Notes: a model not told the origin generated them from the sequence alone. A DNA stretch of 64,000 nt from Rhabdothermincola salaria (GCF_021246445.1 NZ_JAJQXW010000004.1:1-64000); one strand, 5' to 3'. Counted from the first letter of the stretch, positions 1 to 10,789 are shown. Numbers and translations: made by a program.

Positions 1-141
1 GCACAGGGTCTCGAGCACGGTCACCTCGACCCGCTCGCGCAGGCTGAACAGGTCGACCACGTCGGCCGACACCGGGGCCACGGTCAACTCGCCGACCGCC
101 TCCTCCAGTTCCCCCAGCGTCGTGGTGACCATGCCCGCCAT
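1..141 (-). CDS. 5' part of a gene running off the window, possibly the N-terminus of a DUF222/HNH-type protein
   Basis: Open frame MAGMVTTTLGELEEAVGELTVAPVSADVVDLFSLRERVEVTVLETLC from ATG at 141. Family guess rests on helical composition and the upstream SOS-like box. Confidence 0.4.
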   Translation of the reverse strand, partial: MAGMVTTTLGELEEAVGELTVAPVSADVVDLFSLRERVEVTVLETLC

Positions 142-169
142 GTTATCGAACGTGCGTGCGGCTGACAAC
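139..169 (-). promoter_or_regulatory. SigA-like promoter (TTGTCA-17-TAACAT) overlapping an imperfect LexA box
   Basis: Minus strand reads TTGTCA gccgcacgcacgttcga TAACAT. Plus strand has TCGAAC-GTGC-GTGCG at 146-160 versus the actinobacterial consensus CGAAC-N4-GTTCG. Confidence 0.4.
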
Positions 170-581
170 CCCAAGAGGCATATTCTTTCTGCCTATCCAT
201 GGGTGCTCAGCGGCCGCTGCGCTCGCCGGATCTCCGGGGATGGTCTCCCCCGCGACCTGTCGCCCTCGAGCGCTCAGAGGAACGTGTCGTGTCGCAGGGC
301 GTCCCTCGCCGCGAGCACCTCGGCCATCGCGAGCCCCGCCCGAGAACTGCTCGGGAGCGGGCCATGCCGCGACCCACCTCGAGCCGCCGGGGCCACCGCA
401 CCCACCGGCCCCGCGCTATCGAGCTATCGGGCTGCCGACGGTCTGGTTCTGCGGCCCCGCGGGTGCCCGGCTGCCCGGCCCGGGATCATCTGGCGCGCTG
501 CGCCACGACCGCACACGCGCCTTGGCGCGCACCGGTAGCCTCCGGCGGGCTCCCAGCAGTCCATCGCACCCGGAGGGCGAC

Positions 582-1265
582 GTGGCCTGGATCACCGTGA
601 AGGAGCCGTTCGCCACGCCGCCACGGCTCACCGCCATCGGCCCCGGCGACCCTGCCTTCCCCGAGATCGAGGGGACTCGGAACCAACGCTGGGCGGAGGT
701 CGATCGAGACGGCACCGAACCGCTGCCCGACGATCTGGCGACGTTGCGCCTCGAGTCCTGCGCACTCGTCGGTGTGGCGTTCAGCCACCTCGCCGGCGCC
801 GAGATCGAGGGGCACTGGTCGAGCTGGGCGGCGTGCGACCTGAGCGGCGCGAGGGTCGAGAGCCTGCGGGAGTGCACCATCGCCGACACCAAGCTGACCG
901 GGACCGACCTGTCCGAGGCCGACCTCTCCGATGTGGTGTTCGAGCGCTGCGTCCTGCAGCTCACCAGCCTGCGTATGGCCCGTCTGCGCCGGGTGCAGTT
1001 CAGCGACTGCACGCTGGTCGAGGTCGACGCCTACCAGTGCCACATGGAGGACGTCTCGTTCGACGGCTCGGAGATCACCGATCTCAACGTCGATCGCGTC
1101 ACGGCCGAGCGGGTCGACCTCCGGGGGGTGCGCTCACTGGGACTGCAGGCGGTGGGGCGCCTCGACGGGTGCCTCGTGGACGAGGCCCAGCTGGCGGCGC
1201 TGGCCCACGACCTGGCTTTCGCCGTGGGCCTCGACCTCGAGCGACCTCACGACGCCGAGCGATAG
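582..1265 (+). CDS. Pentapeptide repeat protein
   Basis: Repeats such as CDLSG, TKLTG, TDLSE, ADLSD, VVFER. GTG start after a GGAGGG RBS. Confidence 0.85.
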   Translation: MAWITVKEPFATPPRLTAIGPGDPAFPEIEGTRNQRWAEVDRDGTEPLPDDLATLRLESCALVGVAFSHLAGAEIEGHWSSWAACDLSGARVESLRECTIADTKLTGTDLSEADLSDVVFERCVLQLTSLRMARLRRVQFSDCTLVEVDAYQCHMEDVSFDGSEITDLNVDRVTAERVDLRGVRSLGLQAVGRLDGCLVDEAQLAALAHDLAFAVGLDLERPHDAER

Positions 1266-1330
1266 CCGTCGACCCTGGGGCGAGGCACGCCGCCGTGCCG
1301 TGCCCGACCGGCGCGATCGAGCGGCGACGC

Positions 1331-2854
1331 TCAGAAGCCCTGGACCTCCAACAGCGCCAGGTCCTCGTCGGCCGGCGGCCCGGATGCCGGCACCACGAAC
1401 GGGCACTGCAGACCGTCGGCGGGGACGACCAGGTCCAGCATGTAGTCGTTGGCGGCGTCGTTGACGCACGTCGACGGGACGAGGTTCCACACACCGTGCT
1501 GGGTGCCGCCGTAGGTGATGCGCACGGAGCCGGGCAGGAACTGCTGCATCCGGCCCGACCACTCGTAGGGGGTGGCGGGGTCGTTCACGGAGGACAGCAG
1601 CAGCACCGGGGCGATGCCCGAGGGGCTCTGGGCCGGAGCCGGATCCGGCGGCAACGGGAACCCGCTGCACAGGTCGAGGCCGGCGGCCATTTGCCAGCCC
1701 ATGCGGGGACCGTCGAGCACCATCTGCTGAGCCGCCGCGGTCATGGCGGCCAGCCCGGGCCGGTCGGGGAGGTCGAGGCAGTTCACCTGCTGGAGCACCG
1801 TGCCGAAGTTGTCGGTCTGCTCCTCGACGATCACCTGGGCGGTGGGTCCGCCCTCGAGCTGCTCGAGCACCGACACCAGCTGGTTCTCGATGGCCGGCCA
1901 CAGCGATTCGCTGGCCACGAGCCCGGCCACCAGCTGGCTCAGGGCATCGTCGGCGGTGATGGTGAGCGTCCCGCCGGTCACGGCGTTGGTCACCTCGATG
2001 GGCCCGGTGACGGCCAGCTCGGCGGTGATCTGGTCGATGGCGTCCTCGGTGCCGGGCATCTCGGTGAAGAAGAAGTCCAACGCCCGGTCGAAGCTGCCGC
2101 CTCGCTCGCTGGTGAAGGTGAGCGCCGTCGAGCGCGGATCGACGTTGCCGTCGAGGATCATGGCCCGGATGTCGTCAGGGAACAGCTGGGCGTACACCTC
2201 GCCGATGCGGGTGCCATAGGAGATGCCCCAGTAGGTGAGCTTCTCGTCGCCTACGGCGCGGCGGAGCAGGTCGAGGTCCTGGGCCACCTGGACGGTGCCG
2301 TAGCGGGCGCCGGTGCGGGCCCATGCCATCTGGCAGGCCGTGTGGCTCGCGGCCTTCACCGGTGCGTTGGCGGCGAAGTAGGCCCCCCAGTCCGCCGGTG
2401 GGGCGGATGCCTCCTGCTCCTGGGGGCACTCGAGGGAGGGGGCGCTGCCGGCCACGCCTCGGGGGTTGAGGGCCACGATGTCGAACGCGGCGGTGACCGC
2501 AGGGTCCATGGCCGGCACCACGGCCGCGGCCACCTCGAGAGCGTCGCCGCCGGGGCCGCCGGGGTTGAGGAACAGCGAGCCGATCCGGGCCCCGGGGTCG
2601 GTGGCCGGATGGCGCAGCACCGCCACCCCGATGGTGGGCCCATCGGGGTCGGCGTGGTCGACGGGCACCTGGTAGAGCCCGCACTCGAACGGAGCGGGGT
2701 AGGCCTCGCACGGCCCCCAGTCGACGGGCGAGACGGTGTCGTCGGCACCGGCCGGGAGGGCCCGAGGGGCGACGACGAGGAGCGACAGGCCGAGGAACGC
2801 CACGGTGACGAGGGCCAGGAGCCGTCGGGTAGGGAGGACGTTGGAGAGCGACAT
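1331..2854 (-). CDS. Secreted alpha/beta hydrolase (TAP-like tripeptidyl peptidase family)
   Basis: Signal peptide; NPGGPGG, PRGV, GISYG nucleophile, DPATP and HG motifs. Confidence 0.9.
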   Translation of the reverse strand: MSLSNVLPTRRLLALVTVAFLGLSLLVVAPRALPAGADDTVSPVDWGPCEAYPAPFECGLYQVPVDHADPDGPTIGVAVLRHPATDPGARIGSLFLNPGGPGGDALEVAAAVVPAMDPAVTAAFDIVALNPRGVAGSAPSLECPQEQEASAPPADWGAYFAANAPVKAASHTACQMAWARTGARYGTVQVAQDLDLLRRAVGDEKLTYWGISYGTRIGEVYAQLFPDDIRAMILDGNVDPRSTALTFTSERGGSFDRALDFFFTEMPGTEDAIDQITAELAVTGPIEVTNAVTGGTLTITADDALSQLVAGLVASESLWPAIENQLVSVLEQLEGGPTAQVIVEEQTDNFGTVLQQVNCLDLPDRPGLAAMTAAAQQMVLDGPRMGWQMAAGLDLCSGFPLPPDPAPAQSPSGIAPVLLLSSVNDPATPYEWSGRMQQFLPGSVRITYGGTQHGVWNLVPSTCVNDAANDYMLDLVVPADGLQCPFVVPASGPPADEDLALLEVQGF

Positions 2855-3420
2855 CAGCCGGTGAACCTCGGGGTGACGACGGGCCCGCTCGGCCCGGGGG
2901 TGGTCGGCTGGGGAGCAGGGGCCGGAGCGGGGACGACGCCCTCGTCGTAGGTGAAGGTCGGTTCGCCGCCGGCGACGGTGCACGCCGCGTCGACGGTCTG
3001 CCACCAGACGGCGGCCCCGTCGACCAGGACCTCGGTGTGGATCGTGTAGGTGAAGGGCAGGCTCCCGGTCCAGGTCGGACCGAAGAAGACGTCGTCGAGG
3101 TAGGCGATGGTGGTGGCGACCGGGGCGGTGGCCTCGACGAGGCTCTCACCGACGACGACCTGCTGGCCGCCGCTCGTGACCGTCTCGGTGCGGCGCTGGG
3201 CCATGCCCGCGTCGACGTCGAGCTGCAACTGGCCGTCGAGGCCGATGGATGCCGATCCGCACACGCCCTGGAGCTCGGCGAGGGCTGCTCGCGGCGTCGT
3301 CTCCTGGGCGCCTGCGGGCAACAGCGGGGTCAGCACCATCGCCCCCGCAGCGGCGCCGGCGAGAGCGAGAGCGCCACGACGCGCCCGTGGGACCTTCGTC
3401 GAACTGGACAAGAGCGACAC
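2854..3420 (-). CDS. Secreted protein with C-terminal PRFTG
   Basis: RR-containing signal peptide, Pro-rich linker, ends VVTPRFTG. TGATG coupling to the hydrolase gene. Confidence 0.75.
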   Translation of the reverse strand: MSLLSSSTKVPRARRGALALAGAAAGAMVLTPLLPAGAQETTPRAALAELQGVCGSASIGLDGQLQLDVDAGMAQRRTETVTSGGQQVVVGESLVEATAPVATTIAYLDDVFFGPTWTGSLPFTYTIHTEVLVDGAAVWWQTVDAACTVAGGEPTFTYDEGVVPAPAPAPQPTTPGPSGPVVTPRFTG

Positions 3421-3630
3421 CCCCGGGGGTCATCGGGACATGTCGGGGCACGTTAGGCGACGTCATCAGGATGGTTCAGTCCCGTTAGCCGGCACATAGC
3501 CTTGGGGCACACGACCCGCGCCGCTCACCGGCTGCCGGTCCACCGGGCGGGGCGATGTCAGGCGGACTCGTCGATGAGGCATGCTGGGTCCGGCGGTGCT
3601 CGGCTGGACCCGAGCCGACGGAAGGACCCG

Positions 3631-4095
3631 ATGGGGCGGACGACGACAACAGCGGTGATCCTCGGCACTCTCCTGGCCCTGGCGGCCGGCTGCACACCGG
3701 GCGAGGGGGCCACCCCCTCCACCTCGGTCGGAGCACCCACCAGCACCTCGGTGCCCGAGGAGCCCGAACCCCGCTGCCAGACAGCCGGCCCCGGCCTCGC
3801 TGGCTTGGTGAGACCGCTCCTGCGTGACGGGGCGGTCGCCCTCGGCGAGGCGTACCGCACCCAGTCCGAAGGCGGCACCGTCGTCGCCGCCAACATCTAC
3901 GACGACGAAGGCACCCTGCTCGGTGAGGGCGAGGTGTGGTTCGTGACCAACGGCTTCCCCTTCGCCATGACCGAGGACGCCGTCCGGTACAGCTTCACCC
4001 CGGCGGCGGAGGGCCTGCCCGCCCCGCCGGAGTGGACGGACGCGATGGCCGACCTCGTGGACGAGTGCGTCCTGGGCGCAACCGACCAGCCCTGA
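3631..4095 (+). CDS. Putative lipoprotein
   Basis: Lipobox LAAGC after a hydrophobic stretch, followed by a Thr/Ser/Pro linker. Confidence 0.7.
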   Translation: MGRTTTTAVILGTLLALAAGCTPGEGATPSTSVGAPTSTSVPEEPEPRCQTAGPGLAGLVRPLLRDGAVALGEAYRTQSEGGTVVAANIYDDEGTLLGEGEVWFVTNGFPFAMTEDAVRYSFTPAAEGLPAPPEWTDAMADLVDECVLGATDQP

Positions 4096-4244
4096 CCCTT
4101 CTCCGGCACCGGAGACCTGCGTCTCCACCTTCGGGAGTTCGGTGACGAGCACGCCCAGGCGTCTTCGGCGGGAGGTCGATGCCTCAGGCCTGCGTATCTT
4201 CATCTCCGGCGTCACGCCCGAGGAGCCCTGTACCGTCGACCCGG

Positions 4245-4724
4245 ATGGGTGTGCTGCGACGGTCACGAACCGACTTCGCCTGGGCGGCGGCGCTGGTGGC
4301 GGTGCTTGTGCTGGTGTTGGCCGTGTCGGGGCTCACGGCGTGCGGCGGCTCCGACCGCGTCGGGGACGACGGCGCGTCGGTCCCCCCAGCATCCGAGATC
4401 GAGCCACCGGTCGAAGGGCAGCCGACGACGGGGGCATCGGCCTTCTGCGAGCAAGCCCCGGACCCGGCTGCAGAGGTGCCTGCGAGCTACGTCGGTTCGA
4501 CGGATCACGTCGAGGACCTGCGACGTCTGCGCACCGTGGCTCCCGACGTCCTCGGCGATGACCTCGACATCGTGATCCGCCACTTCGACGAATCGGTCGA
4601 CCCGTCCGACCCGGACTCGCAGCTGATGGAGAACTTCCCCGACGAGGTCAACGAGGCGAGCGGCCGGCTCGTGGTCTACATCGAAGAGAACTGCAGCACA
4701 CCCGAACCGGGGTCGGGCCGGTGA
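4245..4724 (+). CDS. Putative lipoprotein
   Basis: Lipobox LTACGG; stop overlaps the next gene (GTGA). Confidence 0.7.
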   Translation: MGVLRRSRTDFAWAAALVAVLVLVLAVSGLTACGGSDRVGDDGASVPPASEIEPPVEGQPTTGASAFCEQAPDPAAEVPASYVGSTDHVEDLRRLRTVAPDVLGDDLDIVIRHFDESVDPSDPDSQLMENFPDEVNEASGRLVVYIEENCSTPEPGSGR

Positions 4725-5560
4725 GCCGCGACGGGTTCGAGGTCATCGACGTGCACCACCACGTCGGCGGTGTCCCGTCACTCATGGCCGACGTCGCGAC
4801 CCACGACGCGATGGAGACCCGAGCCGAGCCGACCGACGACGTCGAGAGGTCGACCCGACTGGAGATCATGGACGCCAACGGGGTCGACGCCGCCGTCGTC
4901 ATGCCCACCCACGAGTACCTCCGCCCGAACGGCCACGTCGACACGATGGCGCTGAACGACGCCATCGCCGCGTACCGCGATCGTCGTCCCGATCGGTTCG
5001 TGGCCGCGGTGGGCATCGTCGAGCCCCTCCACGGTGGACGCTCCCACGAGGAGCTGCGGCGAGCTCGGGACGACCTGGGGCTCGTGGGCGTGAGCTTCCA
5101 CAGCCGCTTCCAGGGCGTGGGCATGGACAGCCCTCTCATGAGCGGCCTGGTGCGAGCCGCGGTCGAGCTGGGCCTGGTTCCGTTCGTCCACGCCTACGCC
5201 GACAGCATCGACGAGGCCCCCTGGAAGATCGTCGATGTCGCGCGCGAGCTGGCCGATGCGCCCATCGTGGTCCTCGACGGGTTCTCGGGCTTCGAACGCA
5301 CCAAGGACATCACCCGGGCCGCGCGCGATGCCCCCAACCTGGTCTTCGACACCAGCCTCGTGTACTCGTTCGACTTCGTCGAGCACTTCATCGAGGCGTT
5401 CGGGCCCGATCGGGTGCTCTTCGGGACCGACATGTACTCGGTGCCTCTCGCCTACCGCCGCAGCTACACGCTCGACCAGGTGCTCGACTCCCGCCTCGAT
5501 GCGCCGACCAAGCAGGCGGTGCTCAGCGGGAACGTGCGTCGGTTGCTCGGTCTCGGCTGA
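4721..5560 (+). CDS. Amidohydrolase 2 family protein
   Basis: IDVHHH metal motif, FVH, VLFGTD, GNVRRLL terminus. Confidence 0.9.
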   Translation: MSRDGFEVIDVHHHVGGVPSLMADVATHDAMETRAEPTDDVERSTRLEIMDANGVDAAVVMPTHEYLRPNGHVDTMALNDAIAAYRDRRPDRFVAAVGIVEPLHGGRSHEELRRARDDLGLVGVSFHSRFQGVGMDSPLMSGLVRAAVELGLVPFVHAYADSIDEAPWKIVDVARELADAPIVVLDGFSGFERTKDITRAARDAPNLVFDTSLVYSFDFVEHFIEAFGPDRVLFGTDMYSVPLAYRRSYTLDQVLDSRLDAPTKQAVLSGNVRRLLGLG

Positions 5561-5593
5561 TCTCGTCTCCCGAACGGGGACGCGGGACCGCGG

Positions 5594-6625
5594 TCATCCG
5601 AAGGCCGGGCGGATCTCGGCGGCGAACTCGTCCATGAACCCGATCTGGTCGTCGACGAACTGGCTGAGGATGAGGTTGGTGGCGCCGGCGTCGACGCACT
5701 CCCGGATGCGCTCGATCCGGCGCTCCACCGGCCCGGCGATGACCGACCGACGGGCCAAGAAGTCGACCAGACCGAGGTCCTCGACCAGTCGGGCGTTGGC
5801 CTCGGCCCGGGCTGGCGTGGCGTGGGCCGAGGAGTCGTAGCGGCGCTGGAGCTCGGCGATGGCGTCGCGGTGCTCGTCGGGCAGGCCCTTCCCATCGGTG
5901 TGGAACCGGTACACGTGGTTGGCGGTGCCGGCCAGGAGGAAGCGCAACCGGGCGATGCCTTCTGCCTCGCTCGGCGCAGGGCACATGGCGGCCATGCACC
6001 AGATCTCGATGTCGTCGATCGAGCGTCCGACCGATGCCGCGCCCGCGGCGATGTTGGCTCGGGCCAGGCTGAGGACCTCGGCGTCGAGTGCGTTGGAGAG
6101 GACGACCCCGTCGGCGATCTGTCCGGCCAGGTGCTGGGTGCGTGGCCCCTCGGCTGCCATCCACACCGGCGTCGGGTGGTGCCCCCACCGCAGCACGAGG
6201 TCGTGGCCCTTGTACTCCACCGTCTCCCCGGCGCAGAGGCCCTTCACCGTCCGGCCGAACTCGGAGAGGGTGGCCACGTCCGCCGGCGGGACTCCGATGT
6301 TGCGCAGGGCGCTGTCGCCGCTGCTGAACCCGTAGACCATCCGACCGCCGGACACTTGCTGGAGGGCCACCAACGAGCTGGCCACCACTGCCGGGTGGCG
6401 GGTGCACGGGTTCGACACCGTCAGCCCGAGGCGAGGCCGGGTCGTGTGCTGAGCGGCCACGCCCAGGATCACGAAGGGGTCCGCCCACAGCGACTGTGAG
6501 TCGCCGGTGGTGAGCATCTCGAAGCCGGCGCCCTCGGCCGCATCGAGCCAACGGCGATACCAGTCGAAGTCGGTCACCGTGGTGCCGGTGGCGAAACGGA
6601 CGGACGGGGTCGAATTGGCGGTCAT
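5594..6625 (-). CDS. LLM-class flavin-dependent oxidoreductase
   Basis: AEGAGF, VSNPCTRHP, SGGR, AAEGPRT..AGQIADG motifs. Confidence 0.9.
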   Translation of the reverse strand: MTANSTPSVRFATGTTVTDFDWYRRWLDAAEGAGFEMLTTGDSQSLWADPFVILGVAAQHTTRPRLGLTVSNPCTRHPAVVASSLVALQQVSGGRMVYGFSSGDSALRNIGVPPADVATLSEFGRTVKGLCAGETVEYKGHDLVLRWGHHPTPVWMAAEGPRTQHLAGQIADGVVLSNALDAEVLSLARANIAAGAASVGRSIDDIEIWCMAAMCPAPSEAEGIARLRFLLAGTANHVYRFHTDGKGLPDEHRDAIAELQRRYDSSAHATPARAEANARLVEDLGLVDFLARRSVIAGPVERRIERIRECVDAGATNLILSQFVDDQIGFMDEFAAEIRPAFG

Positions 6626-6629
6626 GGCC

Positions 6630-7316
6630 TCAACGCTCGTAGCGGTTCCAGACGATGGACTCCTCGACCGCAGCCCGCGGTGACGGGACGAAGTCGCCGC
6701 CGGTCGTGTGGGCGACCGGCAACAGCGCCGTCTGGTCCCAGGTGTCGGGGATGCCGAGGATCTCGGCCATGGCCGGCTGGTCGGACTGGTGGGCGGTGGT
6801 GAGCACCGAACCCAGACCGCGGCTGCGCAACGCCAGCAGGAAGCTCCACACCGCCGGGTAGATCGAGGCGTACATGCCCGGCTCCATCCCGGTGGTCTCG
6901 CGGTCGGCGCCGATCAGACGCCCGTAGCGACCGGCGGCCGCCTCGAGGTCGTAGCAGGGGATGACGAGGACGGGGACCTCGCCCATGTGCGCCGCCAGGT
7001 AGAGGATCGAGCGCGAGATGCGGGCACCGGCCTCGTCTCCCGCGGCTTCCTTGGCCGCCAACATCGTGGACACCACCGCTTCGGTGGTGCGCCGGTACTG
7101 CTCCCCCACGGCCCGGCGTTGATCGGGGTCATCGACCACGACCCAGTGCCACTCCTGGGCGTTCGAGGCGTTCGGCGCGTAGGAGGCCAGTCGGATGCAG
7201 TCCACTACGACGTCTCGGTCGACGGGTCGGTCCAAATCGAGGCGCCGCCGCACCGCCTTGGTGGTCATGAGCAGTCGGTCGATCTCGGCGAGATCGAACG
7301 GTGGGTTCGCAGCCAC
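6630..7316 (-). CDS. Nitroreductase family protein
   Basis: TTKAVRR, APNASNAQEW, LALRSRGLG. GTG start inferred. Confidence 0.9.
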   Translation of the reverse strand: MAANPPFDLAEIDRLLMTTKAVRRRLDLDRPVDRDVVVDCIRLASYAPNASNAQEWHWVVVDDPDQRRAVGEQYRRTTEAVVSTMLAAKEAAGDEAGARISRSILYLAAHMGEVPVLVIPCYDLEAAAGRYGRLIGADRETTGMEPGMYASIYPAVWSFLLALRSRGLGSVLTTAHQSDQPAMAEILGIPDTWDQTALLPVAHTTGGDFVPSPRAAVEESIVWNRYER

Positions 7317-7525
7317 GGTCCCCCCGGAACTGATGACATCAGGTCGAGAACCGACCCTATAGCCGGCGTCGCCAGCGCTTGCGGCGAACACGGACTGCCG
7401 CGTCGTCCCAGAGGCGTGTGCGAATCGACGGAACCTCCGGCTTCGCGCCATGAACCCGTCCGCCGTGCCAGTGGGTGGAGGACCCGAGGGCATCCGACGC
7501 CCATCGCGGCAGGCAGGCGGCCGCC

Positions 7526-8230
7526 TCAGTCCGGCACGTAGTCGGTGTCGATCACCCGGCGGCAGACGTCGGCGATCTTCACGCTCTGGCGGCGAGCCGA
7601 TGCCCGGATGCGCTGGAACGCCTCCTCGGTGGTGATCCGGGCTCGCTCGGCGAGGACACCTTTGGCCTGCTCGATGACGACACGGCCGGCCAACGCCCTC
7701 TGGAGCTGCTCGGTGGTGCGCTGGCTCTGGAGCAGTTCGCTCGCGTTCACCACGTAGGCGGCCGCTACGTCGGCGAGCACCAGCGCGGCGTTGACCTCGT
7801 CGTCGCTCCACGACCGAGGTTCGTCGCTGTAGACGTCGAGGGAGCCGACTCGCCGGTCGTCCAGCACGAGCGGGATCCCGAGCACAGCGTGCAACCCGAG
7901 CTGTTCGACCACAGGCGCGTACCCGGGCCAACGTTCATGGCACTCACCGATGTCATGGACGACCACCGGCTGATTCTCTCGAATCGAGTCGAGGCAGGGC
8001 CCGTCCTGGAACCGCTCCTGGGCTCGTTCGGCGTCGGTGCCCAGGTCGCTGGTGGCGGTGACGAAGCGCAGTTCCTCTCCGTCGAGGAGGGCGACGCCGG
8101 CGGCCGTCGCGTCCAACACGTCGGCCACGCTGCCGGACAGGTCGTAGAGGACCTCGGTGATGTCGTAGCTGCCCGTCATGGTGCGCGCGAACTGGCGCAG
8201 CACCCGGGACAGAGCTTGTTGATCGGTCAT
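7526..8230 (-). CDS. GAF and ANTAR domain RNA-binding regulator
   Basis: GPCLD GAF motif; C-terminal ANTAR RVVIEQAKGVLA..EEAFQRIR. Confidence 0.92.
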   Translation of the reverse strand: MTDQQALSRVLRQFARTMTGSYDITEVLYDLSGSVADVLDATAAGVALLDGEELRFVTATSDLGTDAERAQERFQDGPCLDSIRENQPVVVHDIGECHERWPGYAPVVEQLGLHAVLGIPLVLDDRRVGSLDVYSDEPRSWSDDEVNAALVLADVAAAYVVNASELLQSQRTTEQLQRALAGRVVIEQAKGVLAERARITTEEAFQRIRASARRQSVKIADVCRRVIDTDYVPD

Positions 8231-8550
8231 CGGCTATCGCTTCTCTCGCTGTCGGTGTGCCGCTGGGCGAAGTGCCTCAAGGCGGCCCCACCGACGGGTG
8301 GAGAGCGACTTGCGAAGAGCCCCGGGGGGGGTCTGGGGACAACGGTCCGACCACCGGTCGGATCCATCTCGTTCAGCACCCTCACCGTAGTTGGCCCCGA
8401 CCGCTTCGACTCCCGGACCCACCGTCAGTGGGCCTCGCGCTCCGTGTCACCAGCCCTCTCGACGTCGTCGCGCTGTTGCCACGGGTGATCGGGGGCATGG
8501 TTCGGCTGATGCGCCGTGCTCCCCTGGTGGCGGCCCCGGAGCGGCCCGGC

Positions 8551-8973
8551 TCAGCAGGTGCTGTCACCGGGCCGCTCCCGCGGGGCGATCGGTTCCGAGG
8601 CAGGGGATGCCTCGGCGATCCGGGGGGAGAACGTGGGGTCCTGGTCCTCGACGAGGCGGACGATGCGCTCGACGATCGGCGGTGCGCCGTCGAGACGGAG
8701 TCGGAGGTCGCCGCCGCGCTCGTGGAGCCGGCGGTCGATGTGGTCCAAGACGTCGAGGCCGTGGGACGTGCAGCACCGGAGATCGCGGAGATCGACCGTG
8801 ATGGTGACGACGCCGTCACCGATGAGCCGCTCCAGCTCGGACCGCAGTTGCGGGGCGGTGGTGGGGCAGAGCTCGCCGTGGAGGTCGACGCTGGCGACCA
8901 GCCGCCCGTCCCGAGCAGTCACGAGGATCCCGGTGCGCAGCCGCGTGCCCAGGTGGAGTGCTGGGGTGGTCAC
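8551..8973 (-). CDS. STAS domain anti-sigma factor antagonist
   Basis: LHGELC..TAPQL, VDLRDLRCCTSHGL. GTGA coupling to the upstream gene. Confidence 0.8.
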   Translation of the reverse strand: MTTPALHLGTRLRTGILVTARDGRLVASVDLHGELCPTTAPQLRSELERLIGDGVVTITVDLRDLRCCTSHGLDVLDHIDRRLHERGGDLRLRLDGAPPIVERIVRLVEDQDPTFSPRIAEASPASEPIAPRERPGDSTC

Positions 8974-9410
8974 GGGTCTCGGCGCCATCCCAGGCCGTAG
9001 CCGTCGTTGGCGAAGGTGCGGGCCTGCAGCGCATCCTCGAGCTGGTGAAAGACGGCGAATCGCAGCATGATGCCGGCGCGGTCGAGCAGGAGCCGGCAGG
9101 TGGTGCGGCGGCTGACGAAGCAGGAGTCGACGCGGTCGTCCCTGTCGTTGGCGAGGTCGGCCAGCGCGTGCGGGTCGGTGAGGACGCAGCTGTTCAGGTC
9201 GATGAGGATCGGCCGGTCGGTGAGGGCGGCGGCCGCGTCGCGGAGGTGCTCCACGCCGTCACGGTCGAGTTGACCCAAGGGCTCGAGGACGACGACATCG
9301 CCGCGTTCTTGGGTGCGAACCGCGGGTTGCGGTCGGTCGTCGTGAGGTGGTCGCCCGCGGGACGGATCGATCGTTCCTCTCAGGTTCTGGCGGGGGACGG
9401 GGGCGCTCAT
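8970..9410 (-). CDS. Degenerate STAS-like protein
   Basis: VVVLEPLGQLD, ILIDLNSC, FHQLEDAL. Confidence 0.65.
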   Translation of the reverse strand: MSAPVPRQNLRGTIDPSRGRPPHDDRPQPAVRTQERGDVVVLEPLGQLDRDGVEHLRDAAAALTDRPILIDLNSCVLTDPHALADLANDRDDRVDSCFVSRRTTCRLLLDRAGIMLRFAVFHQLEDALQARTFANDGYGLGWRRDP

Positions 9411-9696
9411 GATGGCCTCTCGTCGGACTGCCAGGGGTCTGGGGCTCGACCGATTTCTCGTGTGAACTCTGTCATGAGGCTACGAAGATCCCCTTCGATC
9501 GTCCAGGGACCTTCGTCCTCTCGGAGACGGGGGACGGAGCCGCCTCGCCGCGGCGACTGCCCACCCCGCCAGAGGTCGGGTTCTCCCGGGTCCTTGGTCA
9601 CCAATCTCGCCGGGGAGGCATCAGCCGGCATGGCTCGGGTAGCAGGTGTTCAGCGAGGTTCTCGAACGGGAACCTCACCGAGTCGGGAGGCTTGAC

Positions 9697-9942
9697 ATGG
9701 CTGAGGCACAGGATCGACGGGATGCACAGCTCGAAGGCCAGTGGGATCAGATGCGTGGGCGGGTGCGCGAGGCGTGGGGCGCCCTCACCGACGACGACGT
9801 CGATCGGGCCAAGGGCAACTGGACCCAGCTCATCGGGAACATCCGCGAACGGACGGGCGAGGCCGCCGACACGATCGAGTCCAAGCTGAGCGAGATCCTC
9901 GACACGGTCGAGGAGAAGGGCTCACCCCGACAGGAGTCCTAG
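9697..9942 (+). CDS. CsbD family stress protein
   Basis: LEGQWDQMRGRVREAWGALTDDD..GNIRERTG; GGAGG RBS. Confidence 0.9.
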   Translation: MAEAQDRRDAQLEGQWDQMRGRVREAWGALTDDDVDRAKGNWTQLIGNIRERTGEAADTIESKLSEILDTVEEKGSPRQES

Positions 9943-10099
9943 GAGCGCCTCACCGGGTCGGCACCGCCGCCCGGGAGGCCCGGCCCGGCGCACCGGCGTT
10001 CCCGTGCAGGAGTCCACCCACGACGACGCCCGGAAGCACTGCGGGAGCTACGCCTGTTCGGAACCGACGGCGGCGGCAGCGACGGACGCCCGAACCCAC

Positions 10100-10789
10100 T
10101 CAGCTGAACGCACTACTCGGGAGATCCGTCGCACCGCTCTCTACGGCATCGCAGATCACCCGAGCCACGGTCGCCGGTTCCAATCCGATCCCCATGGGCG
10201 GCGCGGTTCCGGCGATCGCCCGCCCGGCGAGCCCGGTCTCGGTGTGCGGGGGCCGGGCGTCGAGCACCCGCAAGCCACGTCGCCGTGCCTCACGGGCCAG
10301 CCCTTGATCGAACGCGCAGACGGCCGACTTCGACGCCCCGTAGGCCGCCATGCCGGGAAGGTTCTGCTCGGCGATGACCCCAGAGATGTTGACGACCACA
10401 CCACCAGCGGACAGAACGGGCATGGTCTCGCGGGCCACCATGATCGGCAGGAACGTGTTGGTCAGGAACAGCTCCTCCATCACATCGGTCGACAGCGACT
10501 CCACGTCGCCGAACGCGACCACCCCGACGGCGTTGATCACGATGTCGAGGTGGCCGGTGTGATCGACGGCGGCTCGCACTGCGGCAGCACACGAGTCGGG
10601 TGATCGCAGGTCCAGCGCCACCCGTTCACCAGGAAGATCGAGCCGATCCAGCCGGTCCTGGTCCCGGGCCACGAGCGTCAGCCGGGCGCCCCGTCCTGCG
10701 AGCTCGAGTCCGAGCGCTCCGCCGAGACCACCGGTCGCTCCCAGCAGAAGAACGGATGCCCCATCGAGGGATGTGCTGGTCATCACCAC
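10100..10789 (-). CDS. SDR family oxidoreductase
   Basis: GATGGLG, INAVG, YGASK. Confidence 0.9.
   Translation of the reverse strand: MVMTSTSLDGASVLLLGATGGLGGALGLELAGRGARLTLVARDQDRLDRLDLPGERVALDLRSPDSCAAAVRAAVDHTGHLDIVINAVGVVAFGDVESLSTDVMEELFLTNTFLPIMVARETMPVLSAGGVVVNISGVIAEQNLPGMAAYGASKSAVCAFDQGLAREARRRGLRVLDARPPHTETGLAGRAIAGTAPPMGIGLEPATVARVICDAVESGATDLPSSAFS

Noticed and set aside
833..2950. 705-aa plus-strand ORF, and similar long ORFs such as 11169-13223, 16542-18008 and 18949-20256
   Set aside because: Antisense or off-frame shadows of well-supported genes in GC-rich DNA; Arg/Gly/His-rich with no motifs.
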